A stretch of 64,000 bases of DNA, from IMG/VR virus record IMGVR_UViG_3300020049_016248; one strand, 5' to 3'. This DNA is from a virus (taxonomy: Duplodnaviria; Heunggongvirae; Uroviricota; Caudoviricetes). The translations under genes and the position numbers were made by a program. Under the pieces are notes generated by a model that worked only from the letters and a program-made list of their open reading frames with translations, searched no databases and was not told the origin of the DNA. The first letter of the stretch is position 1; every line of letters begins with the position of its first letter. This document shows positions 10,674-20,545 of this stretch, piece after piece.

Positions 10674-10675
10674 TT

Positions 10676-11011
10676 ATGAAAATATATTTGATCAATCAAA
10701 TCAATACCAATAAGTATAAAATTGGTGTTACAAAAAATAATGTTAGTTTAAGGGTTAAACAATTACAAACTGGTAGTAGTGAATCTTTAACAACGATAAC
10801 AGAATTTGAAACAAATTACGGTTTTAAGTTAGAATCTGTTTTACATCGACATTACGATTGTAAAAAAACTATTGGAGAATGGTTTGAGTTATCTGAACAA
10901 GATATTGCAACGTTTTTAAAAACTTGTGAAGCTTATGAGAATAACTTTAAAATTATAGAAGAACAAAACACTTACTATCAAGATAAAGTAAGTAGACAAA
11001 AGAAAAGCTAG
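10676..11011 (+). CDS. GIY-YIG (T5orf172/MUG113-like) protein
   Basis: IYLI..YKIGVT..RVKQLQTG..ESVLHRHY..GEWF. Confidence 0.85.
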   Translation: MKIYLINQINTNKYKIGVTKNNVSLRVKQLQTGSSESLTTITEFETNYGFKLESVLHRHYDCKKTIGEWFELSEQDIATFLKTCEAYENNFKIIEEQNTYYQDKVSRQKKS

Positions 11012-11029
11012 ATATTATCTAGCTTTTTT
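11003..11029. terminator. bidirectional terminator between convergent genes
   Basis: aaaagctagata-t-tatctagcttttt. Confidence 0.75.
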
Positions 11030-11045
11030 ATTTTTAAATAAATTC

Positions 11046-11378
11046 TTATTTGAAAAGACCAATGATTGCTAATACAACACCAAAGATAATTTGAACAATC
11101 GCCCAAGCAGTAGTAGAAATAGTTTTAAAAGTCTTCAGACGTTCAATTTCATCTCTCATAGATCTAATCTGTGAAGGTGAAGCAACATCGTCAATATCTT
11201 TTTTCCATTGCTTTAACTCACCGATAACAGATGTAGTAGCTTTAATTTCAGCCATTTCTTCTCTCATATCAGCTAGTTCAGTTTTAATACTTTCATAGTT
11301 AGAATTTAAACGTTCTAACTCTTTAAGAACATGTTTTGACCATATTTCCCATGATTCTCCTTGAGGATTCTCTGCCAT
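11046..11378 (-). CDS. coiled-coil protein with C-terminal TM helix (holin/XhlA-like architecture)
   Basis: Heptad region followed by WAIVQIIFGVVLAIIGLFK. Confidence 0.5.
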   Translation of the reverse strand: MAENPQGESWEIWSKHVLKELERLNSNYESIKTELADMREEMAEIKATTSVIGELKQWKKDIDDVASPSQIRSMRDEIERLKTFKTISTTAWAIVQIIFGVVLAIIGLFK

Positions 11379-11881
11379 TATAAATCTCTATGAAAATTAA
11401 CAATATTTTGAAAGTCATCAAAGTCTTGAACAATATGTCCAGAAACTTTAATAACACCTGTAGGATATACTAATATAGCAATATATTGATTTCCTTCATA
11501 GTAACCAAATTTAACAACGTTATTTACACTTTCTTCAGCTTCACCAATATTCAAATGTAAATCATTCGCCCAATTTTCTAAATTAAAAATTGCAACTTCT
11601 TGTACTGAACTTTCAATTCTATCTTTCTCTGAAGTCTGTGTAGGTGTTTCAATTGAAACTTCATCTGCTTCAGCAACAACATTTACAGTAGTTTTATCAG
11701 CTATTTTAGATATTTTATCTGCATCCATAGTAGCTAGATCTTTAACTTTAATATTAACACCTTTAGTTGATGGTAATTCTTCTTTTATAAAGTTTTGTTG
11801 AGAAATACTATGGTCAACGCGTGAAATTGCTTCGTTGATTAATGAAGTTATACGAGATTGTCTTTTTGCTTTGTAAGACAT
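11378..11881 (-). CDS. hypothetical late protein
   Basis: TATTTA on the minus strand at 11906-11911; LINE and FIKE sites. Confidence 0.5.
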   Translation of the reverse strand: MSYKAKRQSRITSLINEAISRVDHSISQQNFIKEELPSTKGVNIKVKDLATMDADKISKIADKTTVNVVAEADEVSIETPTQTSEKDRIESSVQEVAIFNLENWANDLHLNIGEAEESVNNVVKFGYYEGNQYIAILVYPTGVIKVSGHIVQDFDDFQNIVNFHRDL

Positions 11882-11994
11882 TGTTAATGTTACCTAGGTT
11901 TCCTTTAAATATGGAAAAAAAACAAGAAAGAAAATTGTTTTCTAAAAAAAAGTTCTTAAATTAAGGTCTAATTTAAAAATATAACTTTATAACC

Positions 11995-12240
11995 ATGTAT
12001 GAACAATTAAAAGAAAACCTTTCTAAAGGTATTGTTTGTTTCGAATACGAAAAAAGCAATGGGGAAGTACGTAAAGCAATTGGGACAGCTAATTTAAGTT
12101 TTATCCCTGAACAATCTCACCCTAAAACTGCAGTCGAAGAAAAAGGTTCTAGTTTCCCTTATTACGATTTTGCAAAAAAAGATTGGAGAAGTGTAAAGTC
12201 TACTAATGTAAAAAGCATTATTGCAACTTCTCAACAATAA
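11995..12240 (+). CDS. WYL_2/DUF2693-like SH3 beta-barrel protein
   Basis: L..GIVCFEYEKSNGEVRKAIGT...IP...YYDFAKKDWRS. Confidence 0.8.
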   Translation: MYEQLKENLSKGIVCFEYEKSNGEVRKAIGTANLSFIPEQSHPKTAVEEKGSSFPYYDFAKKDWRSVKSTNVKSIIATSQQ

Positions 12241-12260
12241 CAAAAGATTTTTATTATTTG

Positions 12261-12292
12261 AAATCCTTCAGAAATTCTGAAGGATTTTTTTT
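12261..12292 (+). terminator. intrinsic terminator
   Basis: aaatccttcaga-aat-tctgaaggatttttttt. Confidence 0.85.
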
Positions 12293-12350
12293 GTCTCATT
12301 GTTTTTGATAATTGTTTTGTACACTTTTAAAGAAATTTAAAATATATATA

Positions 12351-13022
12351 ATGACAAACAACACAGGAACATCTGAACAAAAAGAAAAAACAATGTTAGG
12401 GGAACCTAACGGAAACCTAGGTTTATCCCTTGAAGAAAGAGCACAAATTATTGAAGAAGCAATTCCACATATGGAAAAGTTTTTAACTGCATTACGTTTT
12501 GATCACGAAAATGCAGCACACATGAAAGACACCCCAAGACGTTTTACTAAAGCTTTGGTGAATGAATTAATGGGAGGTTGTTATTCACAAGAACCTAAAA
12601 TTACAGCATTTGAAAATACAGATAAGTATGATGGAATGGTATTTCAAGGAAATATTGAATTGAAATCGTTATGTTCTCATCATCTTTTACCTTTTGTAGG
12701 TAAAGCTCATGTAGCTTATATCCCTGGTAAAGATGGAAAAGTAATCGGTTTATCAAAATTAAATCGTATTGTAGATTTCTTTTCTCGTAGACCACAAGTG
12801 CAAGAAAATTTAACTATGCAAATACATGACTTTATTAATAAAACATGTGAAGGTAATCAAGGTGTAGCAGTATTCATTGAAGCAGGCCATATGTGTGCAT
12901 GTTTGAGAGGTATTCAACATGATTCAACTATGATGACTTCTAAATTATCTGGTTGTTTTATGGATGACAGTAGTTTATCTAGACAAGAGTTTTATGATTT
13001 TGTTAACAAATTAAAAAAATAA
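12351..13022 (+). CDS. folE: GTP cyclohydrolase I (start moved to ATG 12351)
   Basis: [41 protein letters not shown]. Confidence 0.95.
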   Translation: MTNNTGTSEQKEKTMLGEPNGNLGLSLEERAQIIEEAIPHMEKFLTALRFDHENAAHMKDTPRRFTKALVNELMGGCYSQEPKITAFENTDKYDGMVFQGNIELKSLCSHHLLPFVGKAHVAYIPGKDGKVIGLSKLNRIVDFFSRRPQVQENLTMQIHDFINKTCEGNQGVAVFIEAGHMCACLRGIQHDSTMMTSKLSGCFMDDSSLSRQEFYDFVNKLKK

Positions 13023-13026
13023 AAAA

Positions 13027-13569
13027 ATGGAAAAAGTAAACACAGCAACTGTAACAGGAACAGGTGCAGAAATAGCAACACGTATTGGTTTTACTCCTAA
13101 AGAAGGAACGTTAGACAATTGGCCGATGACAGGTGAGAAGTTTATCATTGATGCAGAGTTAGCAGAGTATGGTAAATTTTTAATTAGAAAGTATCGTAAT
13201 GACCTTTTAGGGTCAAATATACAATATGTATTCAAACAAAAAGCATCTAAGCAAGGTGAATTAGCAATTCATGGTCAAGCTAAAACTGAAAATGATTTAC
13301 AAAAAATATTACATGGATTAGATGCAGTAATTATTATTGGTTGGGATGAATGGTGTGCGTTAGATGTAGATAATAAATTGCGTGTTATGCTACATGAACT
13401 TGAAAAACTTCAATTTGATGATAAAAACAAATTAAAGTCTACTAATCCTTCAGTAATGCAGTTCCCTTTAGTTATGCAAGTTTTCGGACCATCTTCACAA
13501 AATGAAATTGATTTAATTTCAGCTTATTCTCGCTTCTGTAAAGACAACGGTGGTGATGGAAAGTTTTAA
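13027..13569 (+). CDS. phage metallopeptidase-like protein, probably degenerate (HELEK in place of HExxH)
   Basis: DAVIIIGWDEW..LD..KLRVMLHELEK. Confidence 0.5.
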   Translation: MEKVNTATVTGTGAEIATRIGFTPKEGTLDNWPMTGEKFIIDAELAEYGKFLIRKYRNDLLGSNIQYVFKQKASKQGELAIHGQAKTENDLQKILHGLDAVIIIGWDEWCALDVDNKLRVMLHELEKLQFDDKNKLKSTNPSVMQFPLVMQVFGPSSQNEIDLISAYSRFCKDNGGDGKF

Positions 13570-13581
13570 AAACTAAAGAAG

Positions 13582-14055
13582 ATGAGAGTAATACTATTAA
13601 AGTTTGATTGTTTAAACTTAAACGGACGAATTTATCGAAAGGAAAGTGTTATCCCTCTTCTAGATGAATTAAATAGTAATGATATTTACGGTGAATTGGA
13701 AAATTTACCTTGTGAAGAAGTTAGTCCTTCAGAAGCTTCTCATGTTGTGAGAAATATTCGAATTGAAGGGGAATATTTAACAGGGGAAGTAGAAATTTTA
13801 AACACACCAAAAGGGGAAATTTTACGTAAAGATTTAAGTAATAGGGTTTTCAGAAGTAGAGGTCAAGGTTGGATAGATGGTTTAACTCATGAAGTTAGAC
13901 TTGAAAAAGTTTTTTCTTTTGATGCTATAAAGAAAGAAGATGATGCATTTGAAATTACTGACTTACAAGTAATTGAATCAGACTTAGAAAAGGAAATAAG
14001 TAAGATAAAAAAAGAGTTGAAGGAAGAAATAATAAACGAAATCGAAAAGGGTTAA
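13582..14055 (+). CDS. T4 gp21-like prohead protease homolog, likely degenerate; carries C-terminal tag
   Basis: NLNGRIY, GELE, ASH, EILNTPKG, RSRGQG. Confidence 0.7.
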   Translation: MRVILLKFDCLNLNGRIYRKESVIPLLDELNSNDIYGELENLPCEEVSPSEASHVVRNIRIEGEYLTGEVEILNTPKGEILRKDLSNRVFRSRGQGWIDGLTHEVRLEKVFSFDAIKKEDDAFEITDLQVIESDLEKEISKIKKELKEEIINEIEKG

Positions 14056-14059
14056 AATA

Positions 14060-14896
14060 ATGGAGAAAAGAAAACATATTTCCTTTTCAGAGTATAGACT
14101 TTATGCTGCATGTAGTTTTAAACATGCTATTCAATATAGACTCAAATTACAAGAAGGTACAAATGAATTTTTAGTGTTCGGTTCTGCTTTACATTCTTCA
14201 ATTGAAGAAATTATTCAAAAGAAGCATAGTAAAATCTTATACGAAAAAGTATTCAAGAAGTATTTAGAAATCGAATCTAATATTATTACTTTAAATTCTT
14301 ACTTTGGTAGAAACTTTTCTATTCAAGGAACAGCAATCTTAAAGACATTAGATTTCTTTGAAAGATTCAAAGAGTATGATGTTGTTGGTGTTGAAGAGGA
14401 AATAATGGAACCTTTATTTCAAGATGAAGATGGGGAGTTCAAATTCAAAGGTATCATTGACTTAATATTAAAACACAAAGAAACAGGGGATATATTAATT
14501 ATAGATTGGAAGTCAGCAACAAAACCTTGGGATATAGATAAAAAACTAGAGGATAAAAGTTTTTTTGGACAATTAGCTTTATATAAACATTTCTTTTCTA
14601 AAAAACATAATATACCCTTAGATAAAATAACTACTCGATTTGTCGCTTTAGCACGAGACCCAATTGATGTACAACAGTATGAGATTAAAATCTCTGATGA
14701 GTTTAGAGAATATATTGTTGAGGATATGACTAGAGTAGCTAAAGAGATAAAACAACAATTACCTTCTACAGAGTTAACTAAAGCTAAAAGTGTTAGTTTA
14801 AGTGCATGTAAATATTGCGCGTTTAATAAAGGTATTTGTACTAATGATTTAAAACAAGATATTGATACAAAAAATGAAGAAGAAAAAAGTATCTAG
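14060..14896 (+). CDS. PD-(D/E)XK exonuclease (Cas4/RecB-like)
   Basis: ISFS..Y..C, FGSALH, GIIDL..IIDWKS, QLALY, CKYC..C. Confidence 0.9.
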   Translation: MEKRKHISFSEYRLYAACSFKHAIQYRLKLQEGTNEFLVFGSALHSSIEEIIQKKHSKILYEKVFKKYLEIESNIITLNSYFGRNFSIQGTAILKTLDFFERFKEYDVVGVEEEIMEPLFQDEDGEFKFKGIIDLILKHKETGDILIIDWKSATKPWDIDKKLEDKSFFGQLALYKHFFSKKHNIPLDKITTRFVALARDPIDVQQYEIKISDEFREYIVEDMTRVAKEIKQQLPSTELTKAKSVSLSACKYCAFNKGICTNDLKQDIDTKNEEEKSI

Positions 14897-15539
14897 AAGA
14901 CCTCGTGTTGGTATTGTTATCGACTATAGTCTTCGTGTACCTAATTTTAAAGAAAGTTATCTAAAGTTTAAAGAACAAGTATTAGTAGGTGTAGCTTCTG
15001 CTGCTAATTTAGGTGAAGAAGATATTTTAGATGAAAATAACTTCTGGGAGAAAGAAAAGAAACTACACCCAGAAATGATTACTTTTTACTCTAAAACACC
15101 AGTCCCTAATTCCAATTGGGAACCTGGATTCGATTTAACATATACAAAGTATTTCTTTAACAAAGATCATTTATCTAAATTTTTAGAAGAGTGGTCTTTT
15201 AATTTATTTGGACAAGGTATTATTGCTAATAAAGCTGATATTAACATTGTTAATTTAGCTCAAAGTAAATTGTTTGATGTAGTTTTATTAGATGTAATTA
15301 CACATACAAGAAAAGTAGCTAATACTTTTGCGTTTTTATCTAAATCTGGTTTGTTTGTAAAAGAAGTAAGATTTGTAAGTGAAAGTGAATTAGAATCTTT
15401 AGGGAAAGAGTTTATAGGTTTATGGAACCCTTTTTTAGAAGAAGGTAAAGTTATAGAAGGTGTAGGTAAGTTTGAGAAACCTACGCAGAAACTTTTAGAT
15501 TGGTTTATGGAATTAGAAACAAAGCAAAATACATTATGA
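14862..15539 (+). CDS. hypothetical protein
   Basis: 225 aa ORF within the operon. Confidence 0.55.
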   Translation: MIQKMKKKKVSRRPRVGIVIDYSLRVPNFKESYLKFKEQVLVGVASAANLGEEDILDENNFWEKEKKLHPEMITFYSKTPVPNSNWEPGFDLTYTKYFFNKDHLSKFLEEWSFNLFGQGIIANKADINIVNLAQSKLFDVVLLDVITHTRKVANTFAFLSKSGLFVKEVRFVSESELESLGKEFIGLWNPFLEEGKVIEGVGKFEKPTQKLLDWFMELETKQNTL

Positions 15540-15829
15540 TTAAAAATTATTTAATATTTCAAGCAACTATAGGTATAAAAGGACTTAGGATGGAGGAGGC
15601 AACGAAAAGTAGTCAAGAAGTTCAAACTATTTTACAAAAAGAATTAGAACAAGAAGGTTTTACTGTTAAAGTAATTGTTGTTCCAGATACTTCTATAGAA
15701 TATGGTGTTGATATTAAGTTAATTTACCCAGTCTATAACTTAATAGATAAAGATGCTTATGATAAACATATAGAACTACATCAAGAAATAGATAAGATTA
15801 AAAAAGAATTAGAGACTAAAGTTGATTAA
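15536..15829 (+). CDS. hypothetical protein with tag-like C-terminus (EIDKIKKEL)
   Basis: ATGA overlap with the previous stop. Confidence 0.55.
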   Translation: MIKNYLIFQATIGIKGLRMEEATKSSQEVQTILQKELEQEGFTVKVIVVPDTSIEYGVDIKLIYPVYNLIDKDAYDKHIELHQEIDKIKKELETKVD

Positions 15830-15883
15830 ACTAGATAAAATAATCACTTTTAACAAAAATGAAAAACATTCGAACACAAAACA

Positions 15884-17137
15884 ATGGGTAAGAAAAATAG
15901 AAAAAAATCAGAGTTTCAAAAGCAATTAGAAGCTGGATTTAGAACACAAACAGATATGAAAATGTCAGAAGAAAAAAGAAAAGAACAAAGATATAATAAG
16001 TTAGAGAGAATCTTTAATGAATTTGGAGATAATAAAAATCGTTATTTATTATATTGTCCTGATATTCCTTTTGCTTGTACTTTAGTTAGAACTGTTTATG
16101 AGCATGCTCGTTTACTTAATGAACTTGGCTTTAATGCACAAATTATTCATGAAGTAAAAGGATTTAAACCTTCTTACTTAAAAGCTGAAGAGTCAAAAGG
16201 TATAACTATTAACTATCTTCAAGAGAAAGATAAGTTTGGTAAATTATCAAAACCAGATTTTAGTTTCTTTCCAACTGATTCAATTATTATACCTGATGGG
16301 TTTTGGACTGTGATGACAGGATTCATTAACACAAAAACTTTACATAAAATTGTATTAGCAACAGGTTATGGTGGATTTTACACAGCAGAGCCAGGAGCTA
16401 ACTGGAGTACTTTAGGTTTTACAGATGTATTATGTTTATCTGAACAATTGAAAGAAGATTACTCTAAACTATGGCCAGAGTTAAAATATCATGTTACAGG
16501 TTATTCAATTGATAGAGAAAGTTTTAAACCTTTAAGTAAAACAGAAATTCAACCTTCTATAGCTTTATCTTGTCGTAGTAGAGAAGATGCTCAAGCATTA
16601 ATTAATATTTTCTATAGCAAATATCCATTTTTAGATTTATTCCAATTTAGAGTTCTAAAGAAATTGGATGTTGAAAATTACACAGAAACTTTAAAGAGAT
16701 CATCTTGTTTGGTTTTTGTAGATGAAAAAGCTGGACATCCTGCTCCACCTTTAGAAGCTTTAGCAAGTAATGTACCTGTGATTGCTGTATATGGTAGAGG
16801 TATGGAACATTTATCTGAACAAGAAGGAATGATTTGGGCTCCAACGAACGACTTATTTATTTTAGCTGAAATGATAGCTGAGTTTTGCATCAATTGGTTA
16901 GAAAATAACATTGCCCCTTTATCAGTTGATAAAGTTTTAGATAATTATGATGTTAAGCAGGTAAAATCTCGTTTGTTGAGTGCAACAAAAGATCTACAAG
17001 CACATAAAGTAAAGTTGTTTACTGCTATAAAGACTGCAGTAGATCAAGGGAAATTAGACGAGACAATGTTAGATGACTTGGTTATGCCTTTAGAAAATAA
17101 AGGAGCTCAAGAACCAGCAATGTCAGTAGTAAAATAG
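15884..17137 (+). CDS. glycosyltransferase (GT-B/GT4-like)
   Basis: YEHARLLNELG, EKAGHPAPPLEALASNVPVI. Confidence 0.75.
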   Translation: MGKKNRKKSEFQKQLEAGFRTQTDMKMSEEKRKEQRYNKLERIFNEFGDNKNRYLLYCPDIPFACTLVRTVYEHARLLNELGFNAQIIHEVKGFKPSYLKAEESKGITINYLQEKDKFGKLSKPDFSFFPTDSIIIPDGFWTVMTGFINTKTLHKIVLATGYGGFYTAEPGANWSTLGFTDVLCLSEQLKEDYSKLWPELKYHVTGYSIDRESFKPLSKTEIQPSIALSCRSREDAQALINIFYSKYPFLDLFQFRVLKKLDVENYTETLKRSSCLVFVDEKAGHPAPPLEALASNVPVIAVYGRGMEHLSEQEGMIWAPTNDLFILAEMIAEFCINWLENNIAPLSVDKVLDNYDVKQVKSRLLSATKDLQAHKVKLFTAIKTAVDQGKLDETMLDDLVMPLENKGAQEPAMSVVK

Positions 17138-17138
17138 T

Positions 17139-17824
17139 ATGCATGAATTATTACACATAATAGGACTTTGTCCTGATAATTTAACTCACACAGATTTGAT
17201 TGACCTTGTTGCAATTAATTATAGTGAGTTAAGTTATTTAACTTTGAATATAAAAAATAAAATAAATGGCACAACGTGGAACACAAAAAGAAGAAAAACC
17301 ATTAAAAAAGTTGTCAAAAACAACAAATAAAGCTCCAGGTAAAAAAGGTAGACCTAAAAAGCAAGACAAATCTAATTTACCTGAAGTGTCTAAAATAGTT
17401 CAAACCACACAAGTTGGACCAGAAGAATTAAAAGCTATTTTAGATAAAGCAAAACAAGAAGAGTCGAAAGCACTTAAGCAAGTTAATGCTCCAGGAGTTA
17501 GTCCAGTACAAGTAAATGTCTTGTATAACCATACAATTAAAAGAAAATAATATGATTGAACCTGTTAAGTCTATAGAAATCCCTATAGGTTATACATTAG
17601 AGAATAAACTCATTAGCGTAATAGTTAATGAGTTTATTTTTAAAAAGATAAGTTCAAAAGAATTTGTTGATATTGAACATTGGCAAAAAGAATTATCTGA
17701 AATGTTGTTACTAAAGTTAAAACTACCTATTTTTCGAGTAGAATTAACCAAAGAAGATCAATTGATTACCGGGTTAGTTGAAAGTACTAAGAATAATCCT
17801 TTAAAATTTGAAATAAAAATATAA
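17139..17824 (+). CDS. three small overlapping hypothetical ORFs (17139-17330, 17266-17550, about 17552-17824)
   Basis: ORF track; the middle ORF is Lys-rich with KKGRPKK. Confidence 0.45.
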
Positions 17825-18501
17825 TGAAAATTAAATATATCGTTACTGTTCCTAAGAGTGAAGATGCTACAGAAGCAAATCTAATTTCTGAAACATTAAA
17901 AAGTGTTACAACTATTATTGGTTCATCTAGAGATGAAGTAAGTGTTGTGAGATACGAATTAAACAAAGAAGAAGAAGAAATCAATAAAGAAGTTAATAAA
18001 ACAGCTGATGCATTTACACATGTTGTTATTATAAACGCTGGTTCAACTTTAAAAGATCATTTTAGAAAAACTGTAGAAGAATATGTAGGTTCTGACAAAG
18101 AAACAATTTATCTACCAATAGTTGAATTGTATACAGAGGAAGCAGGTGAATATTCTTTCAGAGCATTTTTAAATTCGTCTTTATGGAAACCTTATTTAAC
18201 TGATGAAGTAGGTAAGTTAGATTTAAAATTATCTAAAAGAGGAATTGATTTGATTCAATATGGGGCAATTATTCCACTTGATATACTTAAAAAATATTCA
18301 TTTAAAGAAGATATTAAATATTACTCTTATTTTGAATTTTTTAATCGTGTATTAAGTAATGAGGTAAAAGTTAAAAGTATCCCGCGAACTTTACTTCTTT
18401 GCAAAAAAGATTACGAACTTAAAAACGTTTCAAAAGACGAAAAATTAGAAGAGTTTAAAAAAACGCAAGAAGTCTTTCTCACTACAGTAGTTAATCCTTA
18501 A
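17824..18501 (+). CDS. divergent GT2-like glycosyltransferase
   Basis: IYLPIV, FKEDIKYYSYFEFFNR..V.SIPR; adjacent to the GT4-like gene. Confidence 0.5.
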   Translation: MKIKYIVTVPKSEDATEANLISETLKSVTTIIGSSRDEVSVVRYELNKEEEEINKEVNKTADAFTHVVIINAGSTLKDHFRKTVEEYVGSDKETIYLPIVELYTEEAGEYSFRAFLNSSLWKPYLTDEVGKLDLKLSKRGIDLIQYGAIIPLDILKKYSFKEDIKYYSYFEFFNRVLSNEVKVKSIPRTLLLCKKDYELKNVSKDEKLEEFKKTQEVFLTTVVNP

Positions 18502-18581
18502 AATTTTTATTCTCATAACCAAAAACAAATTTAGCTCTTTGCAATGAAGAGCTAATCTTTTATCAATCGGTTATAGAATAA

Positions 18582-19583
18582 ATGCAAGAAGAATCACAAA
18601 AGAAAAAAAGAGGTAGAAAAGCAAAAGTAATTGACGAATCTACCCCAGTTAAAGAAGGATATTTTGGTGCTAAAGAAGAGTTAGCAGTTAAACAATACCT
18701 GTCAAAGGATCTCACAGAAAGAGAGAAAAATAAAATATTTGAAACAATACTAGAACCTTGTTTTAGGGAATTAGTAAATGGTGTCTTACAAATGCCTAAG
18801 TTTCAGAAAATCGTAATCATTGGCTCTAACGAAGAACAGTTAAGAGAAGATGCTTTCTACCATTTAGTCTTTCAAATTCATAAATATGACCCTAATAGAA
18901 TAGGTAAAAATGGGCAATTAGCTAAAGCTTATTCATATCTAGGTACTGTTGTAAAGAATTATTTCCTGCAAATTAAAATTCAAAATGATAGCTTAATTGC
19001 AAAGCATGGTGGAATGCTAGATGTTGATGATTTGAATGATCAAATTCCAGACAATAGAAGAGATCCAAAAGATTTTGATGATTTAAAAAGAAATTTAGTT
19101 GAACAATTAGATAAGACGCTTTTAGCTAAAAGAATGAATAAAAACGATTTAATCGTTGGTCATACTTTAAAATATATGTTGTCTAATTGGCATCGAATTG
19201 AATTTAAAACAAAAAACGAATTTATACGCCAATTGTGTTATTACACACAATTAAACCCTCCTGTAGTTGCAAGAAGTTTAAAGAAATTTAAAACTTTAGT
19301 TTATGACTTTTTAATGCAACCTGTTAAACCTCAAAAAAATAAAGAAGATAAACCTAAAGTTAAAGCAACTTCAACTTTAGATAAAATCATCACACAAGCT
19401 TTTACAACTGAAGATTTGAAAGAGGGAAAAAAACTAGTTTGTGATTACCTACAAAACACTAAAATTAATATAGAGAACAAAGAAAGTATGATTGAAGAGA
19501 TTAAATCAGCTAAGTCTCTTAATGATTTTCATAGATATTTAAGTAATAGCTTATTAAAATATGAAGGACTTGGTTTAAATTAA
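18582..19583 (+). CDS. late transcription sigma factor (T4 gp55-like)
   Basis: YFG..EELAV..YL, EDAFYHL..QIHKYDP, KAYSYLGTVVKNY. Confidence 0.7.
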   Translation: MQEESQKKKRGRKAKVIDESTPVKEGYFGAKEELAVKQYLSKDLTEREKNKIFETILEPCFRELVNGVLQMPKFQKIVIIGSNEEQLREDAFYHLVFQIHKYDPNRIGKNGQLAKAYSYLGTVVKNYFLQIKIQNDSLIAKHGGMLDVDDLNDQIPDNRRDPKDFDDLKRNLVEQLDKTLLAKRMNKNDLIVGHTLKYMLSNWHRIEFKTKNEFIRQLCYYTQLNPPVVARSLKKFKTLVYDFLMQPVKPQKNKEDKPKVKATSTLDKIITQAFTTEDLKEGKKLVCDYLQNTKINIENKESMIEEIKSAKSLNDFHRYLSNSLLKYEGLGLN

Positions 19584-19619
19584 AAACAAGAAGTTGATTA
19601 ACTATTTAAAATTATTATA

Positions 19620-20027
19620 ATGTATGTAGAAATTGCACCAAGACAAACAGGGAAAACAGCTAGACTTATAGAAAGATTAGTTGTAGAGGTATTGAATGGA
19701 AAAACAGTTGCTTTGGTTAGTAGAACTAAAACAATGGCAAATAGTATTAAGCATAAAATTTTAGAAAAATACCCGGAAATAAATTCATCTAGAATAATGA
19801 CTTCACACGTTATGTTAAGGGGAGTAATAAATTTTGTAGATGAGTTTGATTTTATAGATGAAAAAAATTTATTTATAGATAAAGACAGTTATTATACTAC
19901 ATCACTTCATAATGAATTAGGTACAGTTTTTACAAGAGATTTATATATAGGGTACATAAATCAACCTGAATTGTCTGAGTTTGAGAAAGTAGTAATTAAT
20001 ATTCAAAAAGAAATTAATAATGGCTAA
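19620..20027 (+). CDS. truncated terminase-like P-loop ATPase with C-terminal tag
   Basis: APRQTGKT Walker A, FVDEFDF Walker B; only 135 aa; ends FEKVVINIQKEINNG. Confidence 0.6.
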   Translation: MYVEIAPRQTGKTARLIERLVVEVLNGKTVALVSRTKTMANSIKHKILEKYPEINSSRIMTSHVMLRGVINFVDEFDFIDEKNLFIDKDSYYTTSLHNELGTVFTRDLYIGYINQPELSEFEKVVINIQKEINNG

Positions 20028-20545
20028 GAAAAAAGTTAAAGTTAGTGATGATGGACTAGAGGAACTTATAAACGATTTATATAACAGTTGTTTGGACGAT
20101 GTTGAAGAAGCAAACTTAAATGTAAACTTATATAAAACAGAGGTTTTAAATAACACTTTAGGTAAAGAAAGTTATGGTACTTTATTATCTGATGCTTTAA
20201 AAATCAAAGGAGCTGCAAGGGATCGAATAATAAAAGTAGTAAATCTAGTAAAGGATAGGGTAAAATCTAAAGAATTTTTAGATAAATCTACAAATCAAGA
20301 TGATATGTCTCCAGAAAACATCGTAAAAGGGTTAGATATGTACTTACAAGAAGACGAAGACGGTGATGAGTAAATATAAAAATATTTCAAGTGAAGAACT
20401 AGAACAAAGACGTAATCTTTTACATACTAAATCGGAAAGTTTACGTCTTTCCCTTATTAAGCAATGTGCTGAGTTAGATTCTTTATATAAAGAATTAATG
20501 CTTATTACAGGTGAATTGAAAATAAGAAAAGAATTGAATGGCTAA
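20020..20545 (+). CDS. two small helical hypothetical proteins (20020-20373, 20363-20545)
   Basis: ORF track; overlapping starts and stops. Confidence 0.5.
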
